From Hormiphora californensis (taxonomy: Eukaryota; Animalia; Ctenophora), in contig CM035351.1 of NCBI GenBank assembly GCA_020137815.1, positions 6,944,001 through 7,008,000 of the forward strand: 64,000 nucleotides of DNA. Direction: 5' to 3'. Below, piece after piece: positions 1-15,700 of the stretch. The notes beneath the pieces were generated by a model that did not search any database, had not been told where the DNA came from, and saw nothing but the letters and a program-made list of their open reading frames with translations. A program made the translations under genes and the position numbers. Each line of letters opens with the position of its first letter. The stretch's first letter is position 1.

Positions 1-1069
1 GTATGTGGTGTTGGATAACGCTAAGGATGTGGTAGACGAGGCTGAGAGAATGATGCAAACTAGCAAGGCCCTACTGGAGAACCCTGATGAGATAGATGGA
101 CAGAGGACCCTGATGGAGGCGAACAAAGCAGTCTCCAATGCGATCAATAACTTGTTGAACTCTCTGCCTGGCCAGAAGGATGTAGATAGTGCTATCAAGG
201 ATGTGGCGAGGGCTAGTGTGATGATAACTGATAGCCAGTTCCCACTTACCAAGGTAGGATAGTTACTAATTAGTAATTGCCCATTCTTTTAATTAATTAA
301 TGATTACCCACTCTTTTAATCTCCAAGTAGACCAAACTTTAGCTTACATCTCTCTCCGAACCGGGCCAAAGCAGCGTCCGTGATGCTACAGTCATTTAGT
401 AGACCATACTATGATATGCTCCCCTCACATCACCATCCCTCCACCAGGGACAAGATTTGGCTGAGCTCCAGAACGTTGTATCAGATGATGCTGCCAAGTT
501 GAACCAGGTTGCAAGTGAGCTAGTAGCCGCTAGCAGGGTCTCCCCTGACGACCTCTCTGCTGTCGCCAATAACTTTGCGAACGCTTACTCCGATGTCATT
601 AACCACAGTATGATGCTGGCTGGTGCGACAAAGGTACGTATTGAGTTGTTGTTCTTCACTCACGAGCACTCATACTGTCGACCATATAATTGCATTGATG
701 AAAGAAGCGATAGTTCGTTCTTTTGGGCTTCCCAACCCGACACAGAAGAAGAATGATTTGGATGGAACCTATAGATCAGTATATCTAACCCAACAACTCC
801 CCCCTCCTCCAGGACCCCGAGTTACAATCTGAGGTTATCATGCAGCTCAAGAACTGCCAGAACTCAACCAACAAGCTGCTAAGTTTGAGCAAGTTGTGTG
901 TGGCTGACCCTACTACACCGCATCTAAAGAGTAACCTGACAGCAGCTGCTCGAGCTCTCACTGATAGTATCAATAACCTGCTGAATGCGTCCACTAGTAG
1001 TGTGCCTGGACAGAAGGAATGTGATAATGCCATCAGGAACCTTGAGGTAGGAACAGTGGAGAGAGATAT

Positions 1070-1100
<31 letters not shown>

Positions 1101-4100
1101 GGATAGAGAATTAGTACTTAAATGGAGAGTACAGTTTGAGAACACTAATACCATCATCTTCACTCCTCAGACTCTGAACAACAGTCTCCAAGACCCAAGT
1201 GTACCCATGAACGAAGAGAACTTCTTCGATTGTATCGAAACTGTTGTCGACAGTCAGAGGATGCTAGAAGATAATCTGAAACAGCTACCCAACCTGGCCA
1301 AGGCTAACGATAGAAAGGCCTTCGCGTCAGCTATTGATGAGATTAACGGTGCCCTTGCTGCCCTCCAAGGTGCCGCAGCCCAGACTGCTTATCTGGTTGG
1401 TGTGTCCGATCCTAACAGTACGGCTGCCACTCCTGGTATTGTGGACCCCCAGATCTACATGGATGGACACAAGGAGATCAGTGCTGCTCTGGAGCTACTC
1501 TCACAACCTGATATCACCCAGCAACAGGTAATTGTAGCTCTGGCATCTGACCCAAGTACAGGGGGGTACGAGCAGTTATATATTTATTTTATGACATTAC
1601 TCCCACCATTATTCTTGCCAAATATGTACAATTAATATCTCCTATCCTCTAACAACTGGACTATTTCAGGTGTTAGCAGCTGCCACTAAGATTGCCCAGT
1701 ACACATCTAAGCTGTGTAACGCGTGCAAGTCTGCCTCCCAGAAATGTGAGAACCCAGTTGCTAAGCGACACTTTGTCCAGTGCGCCAAGGATGTGGCCAA
1801 CTCGACCGCCCAGCTTGTCAAGGCGATCAAGGTTCTGGCTAGTAAACTACCTCCAGACAACAGGAAGGGAGTGGCAATTCCCCCACTAGTTGAGGAAAGG
1901 AAGGCAGTTGCAGTTGCTAGTGCCCCTCTTCTTGATTCAGTGGAACACCTCCGCAACTTTGCCCTATCCCCCGAGTTCGCACCTGTCCCCGCTAGGATCA
2001 GCGCTGAGGGTAAGATGGCTCAGGAGTGTGTGGTGGTGGCGGGTAAGAACCTGACAACGAGCAGTATCAAGATGCTCACCTTCTCCCGGTCCCTGGCCCT
2101 CAACCCTAATGATGCGAACAACATGCAGCTGCTCATCACCCAGGCCAAGGCAGTCAGCAACTCTGTCCGGGACCTCCTGGACCAGGTGAAACAGAACGTG
2201 CCCGGACAGAAACACTGCGATGAGGCCATGGAGAAGGTGAAACTGGCATCCAATGAAATGGACCAAGCTGCCATTGCTGCCACTGCTGGGCAACTAAAAC
2301 CCCTGGAAGCAACGGATCTCCAGGGATACCAGACACAACTCAATACTGCCACTATCGAGATCAAGGATCTTATTGAGCCCCTCGCTGACGCTGCTAAGAG
2401 TCACCCAGAGAGACTGGGACACAATGTAATCACCATGTCCCTGTACTTCGAGCCGCTCAGTAAGGCTACCATTGGGGCTGCCTCAAAACTTCCCGATATG
2501 ACGCGGCAACATGACCTCTTCTCTCAGGTAATTATATTTGCTGTGCTTTATCCCTACAAGATTTCTCCTCCCCCGTTTTCTAACCCCCTACCTATAACAC
2601 CGCTATATTTCTAACTCCCCTCCCTCTCCAGGCTCGAACGGTAATGGAAGCCATGTCAGATCTCCTCCAGACTGCTAAGGATTGCGGAGGTAACCCTAAC
2701 GCCACCACCCTGCACCCCCGACTAGATGAGAATGTGGAGAGTGTAAAGGAGGCGATCCAGGACCTGACAACAACCCTGGACATGTCACCAGAGAGTGGTC
2801 TGAGTACCAGTATCATCGAGGCAATCCAGAAGAGCAGAGGAGCCCTGGGTGAGCCAGTTCCTGATGAACAGTGTGAGAGTGTGATGAGTCAGCATGAGGC
2901 GATACTGGATTGTGCCAAGGCGATTGCCAGGGCTAGTCAGGATATGGTTGGCAAGGCTTCCATCAACCCTGATTGCCTCTCTTCTCTCGCTCAGGTAGGG
3001 TTGGGAGAGGTACTTTGAAATATCTCTCAGTTTCACTAATTTGTGACCTTCCTTCCGCTTGTAACACTTCATGTGTAACAGATATTCCCTCTCCCGCTCA
3101 GAACATCTCGGAACAGTACGCTACGATGGTGGAACACGTCAGGAAGTGTGCCGACTCCCCCGGAGCAGAACCTATCAGGGACTCAGTTAACCAGATCGCA
3201 GATCCCTGCTCCGAGCTGGTCAGAACGAGTGCAGTGGTACAAAGCAACCCCAAGGATACCATCTCAAGGCGGGAGTTGTCCGACCATGCCAAGGGTGTTG
3301 CCCAGGGTGTCCACTCCATTATCCAGTCCCTACAACAGGGCAGCCAGGGAACCCAGGCTTGTATTGATGCTGTTGCTGTTATCAAGGGTATTGGGGGTGA
3401 TCTGGATACTATCGCCATGTTCGCAAGGACTGGAACTCTGGAGAACACCGGGGAACCTTTCTCAGTACATCGGGAGAACATTCTAGGTGAGTTTTTAATT
3501 TTACCATTTTGGACGTCCATACATACTGCCCGGTGTGAAATCTACTCCCAACCTGTTGTAGCTCTTCCAGGAATCACATCACCAACCCTCTCTTCCAGGA
3601 ACTGCCAAGAAGTTGGTAGAGAACACCAAACAGTTGGTATCAGGTGCTGGAGCTGACCAGGCTGCCCTCAAGGAGGCTGCCCTGGCTGCCCAAGAGACCA
3701 TCAAGGACTTGGCAGATGCGTCCAAGTTGGGTGCTGGTGCATTGTCTCTTGATGATGTGGAGACCCAGGTAAGACAGGGGGTAACTTCTAAGGTCACGTG
3801 ATGGTGATGTCATCATATCATCTCTACTCTAATTGAAGGAGCTGTAAAAGACCCCTATTCTACCTCTTTCTACCCCATTCCACCCCTCTCTCGCTTCCCT
3901 CCAGGTTATGTTATTGAACGCCTGTATGGACGTTGCCAAGGCCCTGGGTACCCTTATTGACAGCACAAAAGATGCCTGTGGTAAGAGTAGTGATGATGCC
4001 TCAATGGATACTCTAAAGGCTAGCGCAAAGGAAATGATACAGAGTGTCAGTTCTCTTTTGAAGACCGTCAAGAGCGCCGAGGACAAGGCAACTAGGGGAA

Positions 4101-7100
4101 CAAGAGCTCTGGAGATCGCAGTGGATTCCGTATCCAATGATATCAAGAGTCTTGACAACAGTGGTGTTTCTGTACCTCCTGCCTCCCCTGAGGTAACTAT
4201 GAGGGGTGTATTTGTTTCTCTCTCTCCCCGCACGTGCAAGTCTAGTCTCTCCCTCCCTCTCTCACACGTGTATAACTGTGTACCTGTACCTAACTGTAGG
4301 AAGAAGACTCAGATGAATCGGATTCAGAAGTTCTAGAAAGTTCTATCCTACGAACGAAAGATCATAACAAGGGTGTCCATGCTCTTGCTCAGGTTCCCCT
4401 CCGCACAAAGATTAAACCTCAGATTCCCATACATGGCTTTAAACTCTCCCTCCTCAGATTTTGGTTGTTTTGTTTGGGTCTGAAAATCATCGGTGTTATA
4501 CTCTATCTTGCTAACGCAGCCCTAACAATATGATGAATACATAGCATAATGATTGTGACAAATCTCTCCCTCTCTCTTTCCAGGATTTACCTAATTCTCT
4601 AATGCCCCTCCTCACACATTCCTCTTTCCCAGGACCTTATCAGGGCGGCCAAGGAGATCACCCAGGCCACGACTAAGGCAGTGGCAGCTGGAAGTTCGGC
4701 TAAACAGGATGATATTGCTGCTGCGGGTAACATGGGTAGGAAGGCCATTTCTGACATGTTGACAACATGCAAGGGAGCCGCTCTTGGTGCAGAGAATGAG
4801 GCGCTCAAGATCAAGGTGAGTGTTTTTATAAAGGAGTACTGAGTGTTTTTATGAAGGAGTATTGAGTGTTTTTATAATGAATGACTTGTCCCTCCATTCA
4901 TGAATCATCCCAATAATAATTGACCTGAGCAGTGCCAGTTTCACTCCAAATGTTTACACTACCAGACCACAACCAACCTCCCCCTCTCTCTCCCGCCCAG
5001 GTACTACAATCAGGCCGAAGTTGCAGTATGGCCTACAGGGACCTTCTGGAGTATCTCTGTGAGTCCCTCTCCGGGCCGGGCTCCGATACTGGCAAACTGA
5101 AGGACCACTCCATGAAGATTGCTGACTGTGTCTCTAGTCTGATCGGGTGTGCAGAGGTATGTGTTTAGTATAGTAGGCTACACCCCCACCCTTTGTTTGT
5201 GGTATATTATGCAAATTCTCGTGATGGGCTGACTATGGGGGGCACACATGCGTGTATCTGGGGGGTGTGTGAGTTTCCACCGACAAAGATGTTGTTTTGT
5301 TGCAATGATACCAACAGAAGATTGGACAGACACACAACAACCGAGGCAGGACCTAACTGAGCCCGGGACGGGATATGGTCAGGTGACAGAAGATCAGGAT
5401 ACTGATGTAGTACCAGGTTTGATTCCCACTATCTGGGCTCAGCCACTGCCCCAGAGTATACCAGAAACAGAAATACTACCACCTAGAACATCTACAGTTG
5501 CTGAACCAACACCTTCCTACTGCTCTCTCCTGACTGACTCCCATGATCACATTCCAAGCAAGGCTGATCAAGTAGTGGCTGATCAAGTTCCAAATAGCAG
5601 CAGCAGGGATGATGAAGTAGTGGGTGACCAGGGATGTCAGACAGATTGGAGTTTACTGCCCCAGAAGGGAGAGGGTGATATGGTCTGGGAGTTGCTGCAG
5701 GCACTGCATCGAGCCAGGGAAACCATTGAGCGTGGTAGTATGGAACGGGAGTGTTATAGCAGTAGTAGGGTAGATGAATTAGTGGGTGGTGGGAATTATG
5801 GTACATATACCAGGGATATCAGTCATAGTGGGAATGATGGTACTGTACCATATGTAACAGATGTCCTGGAGAATGATGGTAGTACAGATGTACCGGATAA
5901 TGAGGGACATAATTCTAGTTGTTTTGAAGACCGTGACACTTCATCGGGAAGACAAGAAGACAAAACAGACACCTCATATCATAGTGACAATGTAAACTCA
6001 ACAACAAACTACACTTTGATTTACATTCCTAACAATTTATTCCTCTCTCTCCCTCTCTCCCCTTGTGTACAACTTCTTCTCTCCCTCAGGAACTAAAATC
6101 TGGTGACGACTGGGTGAATCCTGATGACCCTAACGTTATTGCGGAGAATGAACTTCTCAATGCTGCTGCCAGCATTGAAGCAGCCGCTAAGAAGCTGGCA
6201 ATGCTCCAACCACGTTAGTTTCAAAAAGGGGTCTTCGATAATTAGACGGCCGTTCAGACGACACGGTGTCCCTTAACCTAGGCCAACATCTGACGTTTAT
6301 TACTTATTTTCCAGGATTGTACCTCACAGTGATATATAATTCCCAAATCTCCCCAACAGGAAAGAAGACCAAGCAGGTTGATGAGTCTCTCAACTTTGAG
6401 GAACAGATCCTGGAGGCTGCTAAGGCTATTGCCGCTGCTACAAGTGCCCTTGTGAAGACTGCTACAGCTACCCAGAGGGAGCTGGCTGAACAGGGCAGGG
6501 TGAACCCTAACGCTAGTGTCAGGGAGGGATCTGTGTGGAGTGAGGGTCTGGTTGGAGCCGCTAAAATGGTTGCCAACGCTACCAGTACTTTGTGTGAGGC
6601 GGCCAATGCTGCTGTACAGGTAAAGACTGTAGTGATAGTTGTAGCAGTAATAAAACCCTAGAATTCCCAGATATGCCCTAAGTGTAGAACACCCCATCAA
6701 CCCCCTTCTCTCTCCACTCCTAAACCCCCTTCTCTCTCCACCCCATCAACCCCCTTCTCTCTCTCCACCAGGGTAACGCCTCAGAGGAGAAGCTTATTGC
6801 CTCTGCTAAGGGGGTGGCCAACTCCACCGCCCAACTCCTCCTCGCCTGTATGGTCCGAGCTGATCCACATAGTGCCAACTCACAGCGCCTCCAGACTGCT
6901 GGTAGCAAGGTCAAGAAGGCTGCTGATACACTGGTGAAGGCCGCCCAAAATGCTGCCGTATTTGAGGAACAAGAGGTTAGTTTAACTTGGGATAGCTTTG
7001 TTTGCAACTAACCCACCCAATAACTTTGCAACTAACTCACCCAATAACTTTGCAACTAACCCACCCAATAACTTTGCAACTAACCCACCCAATAACTTTG

Positions 7101-7515
7101 CAACAACCCCACCCAATAACTTTGCAACTAACCCATCTAATAACTTTGCAACTATAACTCACCCAATAACTTTGCAACTAACCCATCTAATAACTTTGCA
7201 ACTAACCCACCCAATAACTTTCCAACTAACCCACCCAATAACTTTGCAACGAACCCACCCAATAACTTTGCAACTAACCCACCCAATGACTTTGCAACTA
7301 ACCCCTCCAATAACTTTGCAACTAACCCCTCCCTTACCCAGGTTGATGTACGTATTCACGGTGGAGCAGTGTACCACATAGCTGCTGAGCTCCAGGCTCA
7401 AGAAGAAATCCTGAGGAGGGAGAAGGAACTTGAGCAGGCTCGAAGACAACTTGCCAAGATTAGGAACGCCCAATACTACTCCTTTAAAAAGATGAATGAC
7501 GGAGAGGAGGATTAG
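1..7515 (+). CDS. TLN: Talin, 3' part (rod bundles to I/LWEQ/THATCH domain and dimerisation helix); 5' end outside window
   Basis: Exons inferred from GT-AG sites with consistent phases: <1-253, 448-633, 813-1046, 1171-1527, 1670-2527, 2632-2994, 3102-3486, 3599-3768, 3905-4192, 4633-4815, 5001-5156, 6090-6213, 6360-6619, 6772-6975, 7342-7515. Talin motifs: PGQKECDNAIR, NPVAKRHFVQCAKDVANSTAQLV, WVNPDDPNVIAENELL, DESLNFEEQILEAAK, AQEEILRREKELEQARRQLAKIR. Confidence 0.97.
4300..4533 (+). CDS. Candidate alternative terminal exon of talin ending in a hydrophobic segment
   Basis: Acceptor cctaactgtag (ends 4299) is phase 0, matching the donor after 4192; 77 open codons EEDSDESDSE...LLRFWLFCLGLKIIGVILYLANAALTI then TGA. 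Confidence 0.5.
   Translation, partial: EEDSDESDSEVLESSILRTKDHNKGVHALAQVPLRTKIKPQIPIHGFKLSLLRFWLFCLGLKIIGVILYLANAALTI
5248..6096 (+). CDS. Acidic low-complexity ORF in talin intron 5157-6089; possible alternative first or cassette exon
   Basis: 282 stop-free codons on the talin strand; possible ATG at 5305 and phase-0 donor aat|gtaaac at 5991/5992 compatible with the phase-0 acceptor at 6089. Confidence 0.4.
   Translation: MRVSGGCVSFHRQRCCFVAMIPTEDWTDTQQPRQDLTEPGTGYGQVTEDQDTDVVPGLIPTIWAQPLPQSIPETEILPPRTSTVAEPTPSYCSLLTDSHDHIPSKADQVVADQVPNSSSRDDEVVGDQGCQTDWSLLPQKGEGDMVWELLQALHRARETIERGSMERECYSSSRVDELVGGGNYGTYTRDISHSGNDGTVPYVTDVLENDGSTDVPDNEGHNSSCFEDRDTSSGRQEDKTDTSYHSDNVNSTTNYTLIYIPNNLFLSLPLSPCVQLLLSLRN
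7000..7330. repeat. 24-bp tandem repeat (tttgcaactaacccacccaataac) in last talin intron, about 14 copies
   Basis: Directly visible; most units contain a branch-point-like ACTAAC. Confidence 0.95.
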
Positions 7516-8730
7516 AGAGAGTGATTAGATACTGATGTGATAATATTCGAACTCTATCGGGTTATTTTGAAACTTTTGTACTGAGAGAGATAAGAGACAT
7601 GTGTGCTTGAAAAACCGCGTTATAGATTGAGAAAGAGAGAGAGAGAGAAAAGAGAGAGATATGAATGTTAACCCAATTTGTATAAAGGTTAATACACGTT
7701 CTATATATTTTTATACCCTCCTTGCATCCCCCTTTATTATTGAACAAGTTTCATCTTGACACTTTCCTATCCGTTTTTCCACTGCTTTTTTGTCTCAACA
7801 CGCCTCTTTCTACGGATGTTTAGTTTTTTTGACCCACGCGTTTGAAGAAAAGTAGCCGGGATATTTAACTGTGAGAATTTGAAAAAAGAAACACTCTGGA
7901 GTGTGTGCACTATTACGACTTATTATGCTGTCTCTCGTTTGTGTAAAGAAACGACCTCTCCCCCAACGAGGGAGACTAAGAGAGAGAGTTTTTGTTTTCG
8001 GTATTGTTTTAATACGAAATAAGATGTTAGGAATATATGCTTTACTTCGCTTATGAAACCTCAACTATGCATTATTTTCCTGTGTAGTTACACACATACT
8101 GCACTCTGCAGCAGACCATCGAGCGATTGCATGTTCGCTGTTGACAGCTCCAGGAGAAAGGAGCCTGTCCGACGGTGTAAAGCTCTCAGTTGCGCAGCGA
8201 GAACAAACAGTGCTTGCATTGTGTACTTTCATTATAAGAGACGCGCGCGGTTTTGGCGGTAATTGAACTTAGCCGGTGAGGGTATCCTGATGAGTGGTTT
8301 GGTTTGGGCCACTCATCTGGGACTGTAAACAGTCACACAGCCAAGTCTCGCCGAACAGGCGAGACAGCATAGTGCCGGATCATCCTTTCGGAATCACCAC
8401 CAGATCGTCTTCTGTCTGTCGTCGGTGAAAGAATATGAAATCATACTTCTAGATCGTAAAACTTTTTCTCAGTAACTGATGAGTGGTTTTGGCAGAGTTG
8501 AAATTATCGAACCATCAACCACTAAGTAATGAGTAACGCTATACACAGTATGAGTAAGTGAAACTCCTGTTATTATCTGGGAGTAAATGGTAAAACAAAC
8601 ATGGAAACATATAACAGTTGTAAAAGGATCGAATAAAATTCTTTAACCCGGTAAAAAAATATATAATATGCTATTGTACCTAAATCTTAGATCTCTCTCG
8701 AAAATAAACGATTGTTCTTCATTTAAAATA

Positions 8731-12228
<3,498 letters not shown>

Positions 12229-12629
12229 CAATAGCCGCTATATAGACAGGGAAATATTGGTTGAATAATAATGGTCTCAGCGAGGGATTTCTACACTGCA
12301 GTAAGAAGGCAAAGAAGGCAGGGAGGCAAAGAAAAACACTGGGTATATTGCGTGCATAAATAATTCATTCTCTGTCATAAAATGGTATAGCTTTATACAT
12401 GTCATAAATAGTGTAAAAATCAGTGTAAAGCAACACTCATAACAATACCCTGGAAAGTGGAACTCCCTACCCCCTAATGGGGCCGTGAAACTCGATATTA
12501 GGCAAATCACAGAGACATATTGGGAAGAGAAATGAGATTTCGGAGGCGAGGGGAGAGGGAGTTGAGTTAGATAAACATCTCTAGTGACTAGTAGTCTCTA
12601 CACAAACAATATCAGGGCCTCACAGGGCC

Positions 12630-12790
12630 TCATATAAACACACATATCACACCCAGGAACGGCAACGTGTCATATAACACACGTCATATCACACCCAGGA
12701 CCGGCAACGTGTCATATAACACACGTCATATCACACCCAGGACCGGCAACGTGTCATATAACAACATATAATATCACACCCAGGACCGGT
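12630..12790. repeat. ~42-bp tandem repeat (3-4 copies) just downstream of the TALPID3-like stop
   Basis: catataacacacgtcatatcacacccaggaccggcaacgtgt repeated. Confidence 0.85.
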
Positions 12791-15700
12791 TCAGAAGCTA
12801 TCACTGCCCGTTACCCCTCCCTCCGAATAACTATAATCCTCCAGATTGAGGCCCAAGAAGGGTGGTGGTGAGGGGCTTGCATCCGGTAGTGGGGTAACCA
12901 GCTCAAGGGTCTCAAAGTTCTCCGCACTTTGCGTCTTGGGTAGGGGGCTAGGGGTGGTGAGGGAGGGTCGTCTAGCTGGAGTTGGTGGTTTCCTATCCTC
13001 TGGGGCAGGAGGTGGAGCTGGTTGGACGGGAGAGTAGTGTGGAGACTGCTGCTGATGTTGTTGGGATGGTGATGGAGCAGCATTGGTTCTCATCTCATAA
13101 ACATGCCTGATTTGGGGGTCTCTGATGGCTTGTAGGGCGGCTATGTTCCCAGGGGAGAGAGGCCACTCTCCCTCACTAAGGGGTCCACCTAGCAGGCTCA
13201 ACTCGCTAGGAACCCCTCCTGGGAGTATCTCACCAGCTGATATTGGGTTATCAGTTACTGAGTAGCTGACAGTCATTACACTCGAGTGCATGGTGCTACT
13301 ACTTCTAGGATCACCCACCATCACCTCCTCCTCCTCCTCCCCATCCTCCTCAGTGTGATCTAGGGGGTGCTGGGAGATGAGGGAGTGGTCTGTTTCTCGG
13401 GGTGTCTCAACTCCAATACTTTGGTTTCCAATCATAGGGTCATGCTGCTGAGTTGGTGAGGTGGCTACAGTTAGACCAGGGGTGTAGACTTGTCTGTAGC
13501 TGATCTCCTGGTCTGTTAGATCCAGGGGTACCTGTTCCAGAGTGTCTTCCAAGGTATTGTTCATGATAGGGGCTCGCTGTTTGGGTTCTACTGGCGGTCT
13601 GGGTTGTCTGGTAGGGAGCTCATTGATGGACATTTCATCGGACATATCATCAATGTCTCGTGGAGACAAGAAGGGTTCTGGAGACATACTGGGGGTGTTA
13701 GGTGAGAAGGGAGGAGACTTGTTACCCGAACTAGACCGGGAGGAACGAGTGAAGCTGGGAGTTACCACAATGGAGAGAGATGAAGTTGTCCGACTGCTAT
13801 CCGTGATTTCCTCAAACGTGTTCCCAGAATAGGATGCTTCCTTTACACTCTCAGACTGAGCTTTTCCAATCTGTCCTTCTGTTACCTGACCACCAGCTTC
13901 AATTCTCTGTGCTATTCTCCCCTCTGTCTCTTCAGCTATAACCTCAGCTACCAGGGCGTGTATTTGGTGGGGTGTGAGGCCAGCTGCCTTAGCTCCCCTG
14001 TACACCTCCTCCCCCAGAAGGGCCCTTAGCTCCTCATCAACACCAGGATCATCATCCTCCTGTAGCAGTCTCTCCAGTATCGCATCCTCTATCTCACCCA
14101 GACACTGCTCCCTTGTAGAGGTGAGTGGTTCAGTATACCTGGGTTGTTGAGGTTCTGAGTATCGGGAGATGTGTTGTTGAGGTTTCCATTCCACTCGTTT
14201 AGTGGGAGGTGGAGTTGTAGCTACCTCTCTCCTCTCTCTTCCACCCCGTACAAAGTGTACAAAACTCTCCTCCGATGATGACGTCAGGAGATCACTGGTA
14301 TTTGTCTCATCAGGAAGGTGTCTATTGATGAGCTGGTGAAGTGGTGAAACACCACATGAAACGTCCACTTGGTCCACCATACTGACACCCACCCCAATAT
14401 CCTCCCTTTCCTCTAGATGGGTGACACCCACCCCAATATCCTCCCTTTCCTCTATATGGGTGACACCCACCCCTACACTCCTCTCTGTAAGGGGTGTCCT
14501 CCCCACTCCAACGTCTGCCTTCCTATCCTCCTCCAACCTACTGATTCCAGCTGATACATCTCGGTATCTTGATACTGAACGGGGGCAGAGAGGTGTACTG
14601 CTAGTCTCGGGTACCATCCTAGACCCTAGTGAGATACTCCTGGGTAGATCATGGTCCACCCTTCTGGTGGTTCTACTATCCTGGATAACTGGTAGGATCT
14701 GGTCCTCTTGTTTTCGGAGATATCCCAGGTTAGCTTTGATTCTTTGGTGCTCATTTTCCTTCCTTACCTTCTCATACAGCAGCTTTTTATCAGCGAGACT
14801 TAGTTTGTCTTTTCTCATCTTGGCAGTTGTTTTCTTCTTTTCGGGAATGTTTTCCTTCTGGGCGGGCTTCTTTTTCTTCCCCTTCATCCGCTCCTCTTTT
14901 AGTTCCTGATTGACCTTATCCATCGCTGCCGCCACCTTCCTCTCTATCTCTGCCTCTGCTTCTCCCGTCCTTTCACAGTTGAACGTAGCATCCAGTGCAA
15001 ACCTCCCCTCGTCCACCTCTCGTTTCCGCTCCTCGGCCTCCCTCAGCAGCTGTCTAGCCTCCAGAATATAGGCAGGAGTTGTGTAGTGACTCGCATCTCG
15101 CCTGGGAACATCCCGAGACTGGATCTCGGCTAGGTACTTATCTGCGAGGGGTCGCGATTTCTCTGACCTCCGCAATTCTTCAACCTCATTTCGAGTTCGT
15201 TTCACCTCCGCCAGGGCATCCCTCATTTTCAGGTCCATTTCTTCCAGTCTCCGCTGTCCTTCTCTCATGATATGCAACTGTTTCTCTCCGGCTCTTTCCC
15301 TTTCATCCTCTCTATCCCTCTCCACAGCCTGGTCAATAAACCGCTGCCTAATTTCCACTGCACTGGGCCGGGGAGCTGTTCTGGGTACGGGTACAGACCG
15401 GGGGTTGAGAGGAGTAGCAACTTCGGGTAACAGAGTCAGATCTAGGGTCGGGTCGGTCATATGGGCCTGTGGACATCCACTACCGCCCAAATCTTTAGAT
15501 ACATCAGACCGGATATCCGCATGTTGCTGTTTCTCTTGTTTCCTGTCCTCCAACTGAGCAGCCAATCTCTCCAGCTGTACCTGAACATCTCTCTGTAGTT
15601 GGTGGTAAGGTGCTGTAGCAGCAACTGCAGCCGCCACTGCAGCCGCGATCTGAGATGACTGATCAGGTATCACGTGTTGTTCTGTTGTAGCTCTTCTAAC

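Noticed and set aside
785-7007. Antisense and alternative-frame ORFs over talin exons
   Set aside because: Shadow ORFs of the real coding strand with no independent features.
8285-8560. CTGATGA motifs suggesting hammerhead ribozymes
   Set aside because: Neither is followed by a stem closed by GAAA with a compatible stem III and cleavage triplet.
12270-12515. Possible C/D-box RNA on the minus strand upstream of sideroflexin
   Set aside because: Box C match is poor (GTGATTT) and the terminal stem is short; insufficient support.
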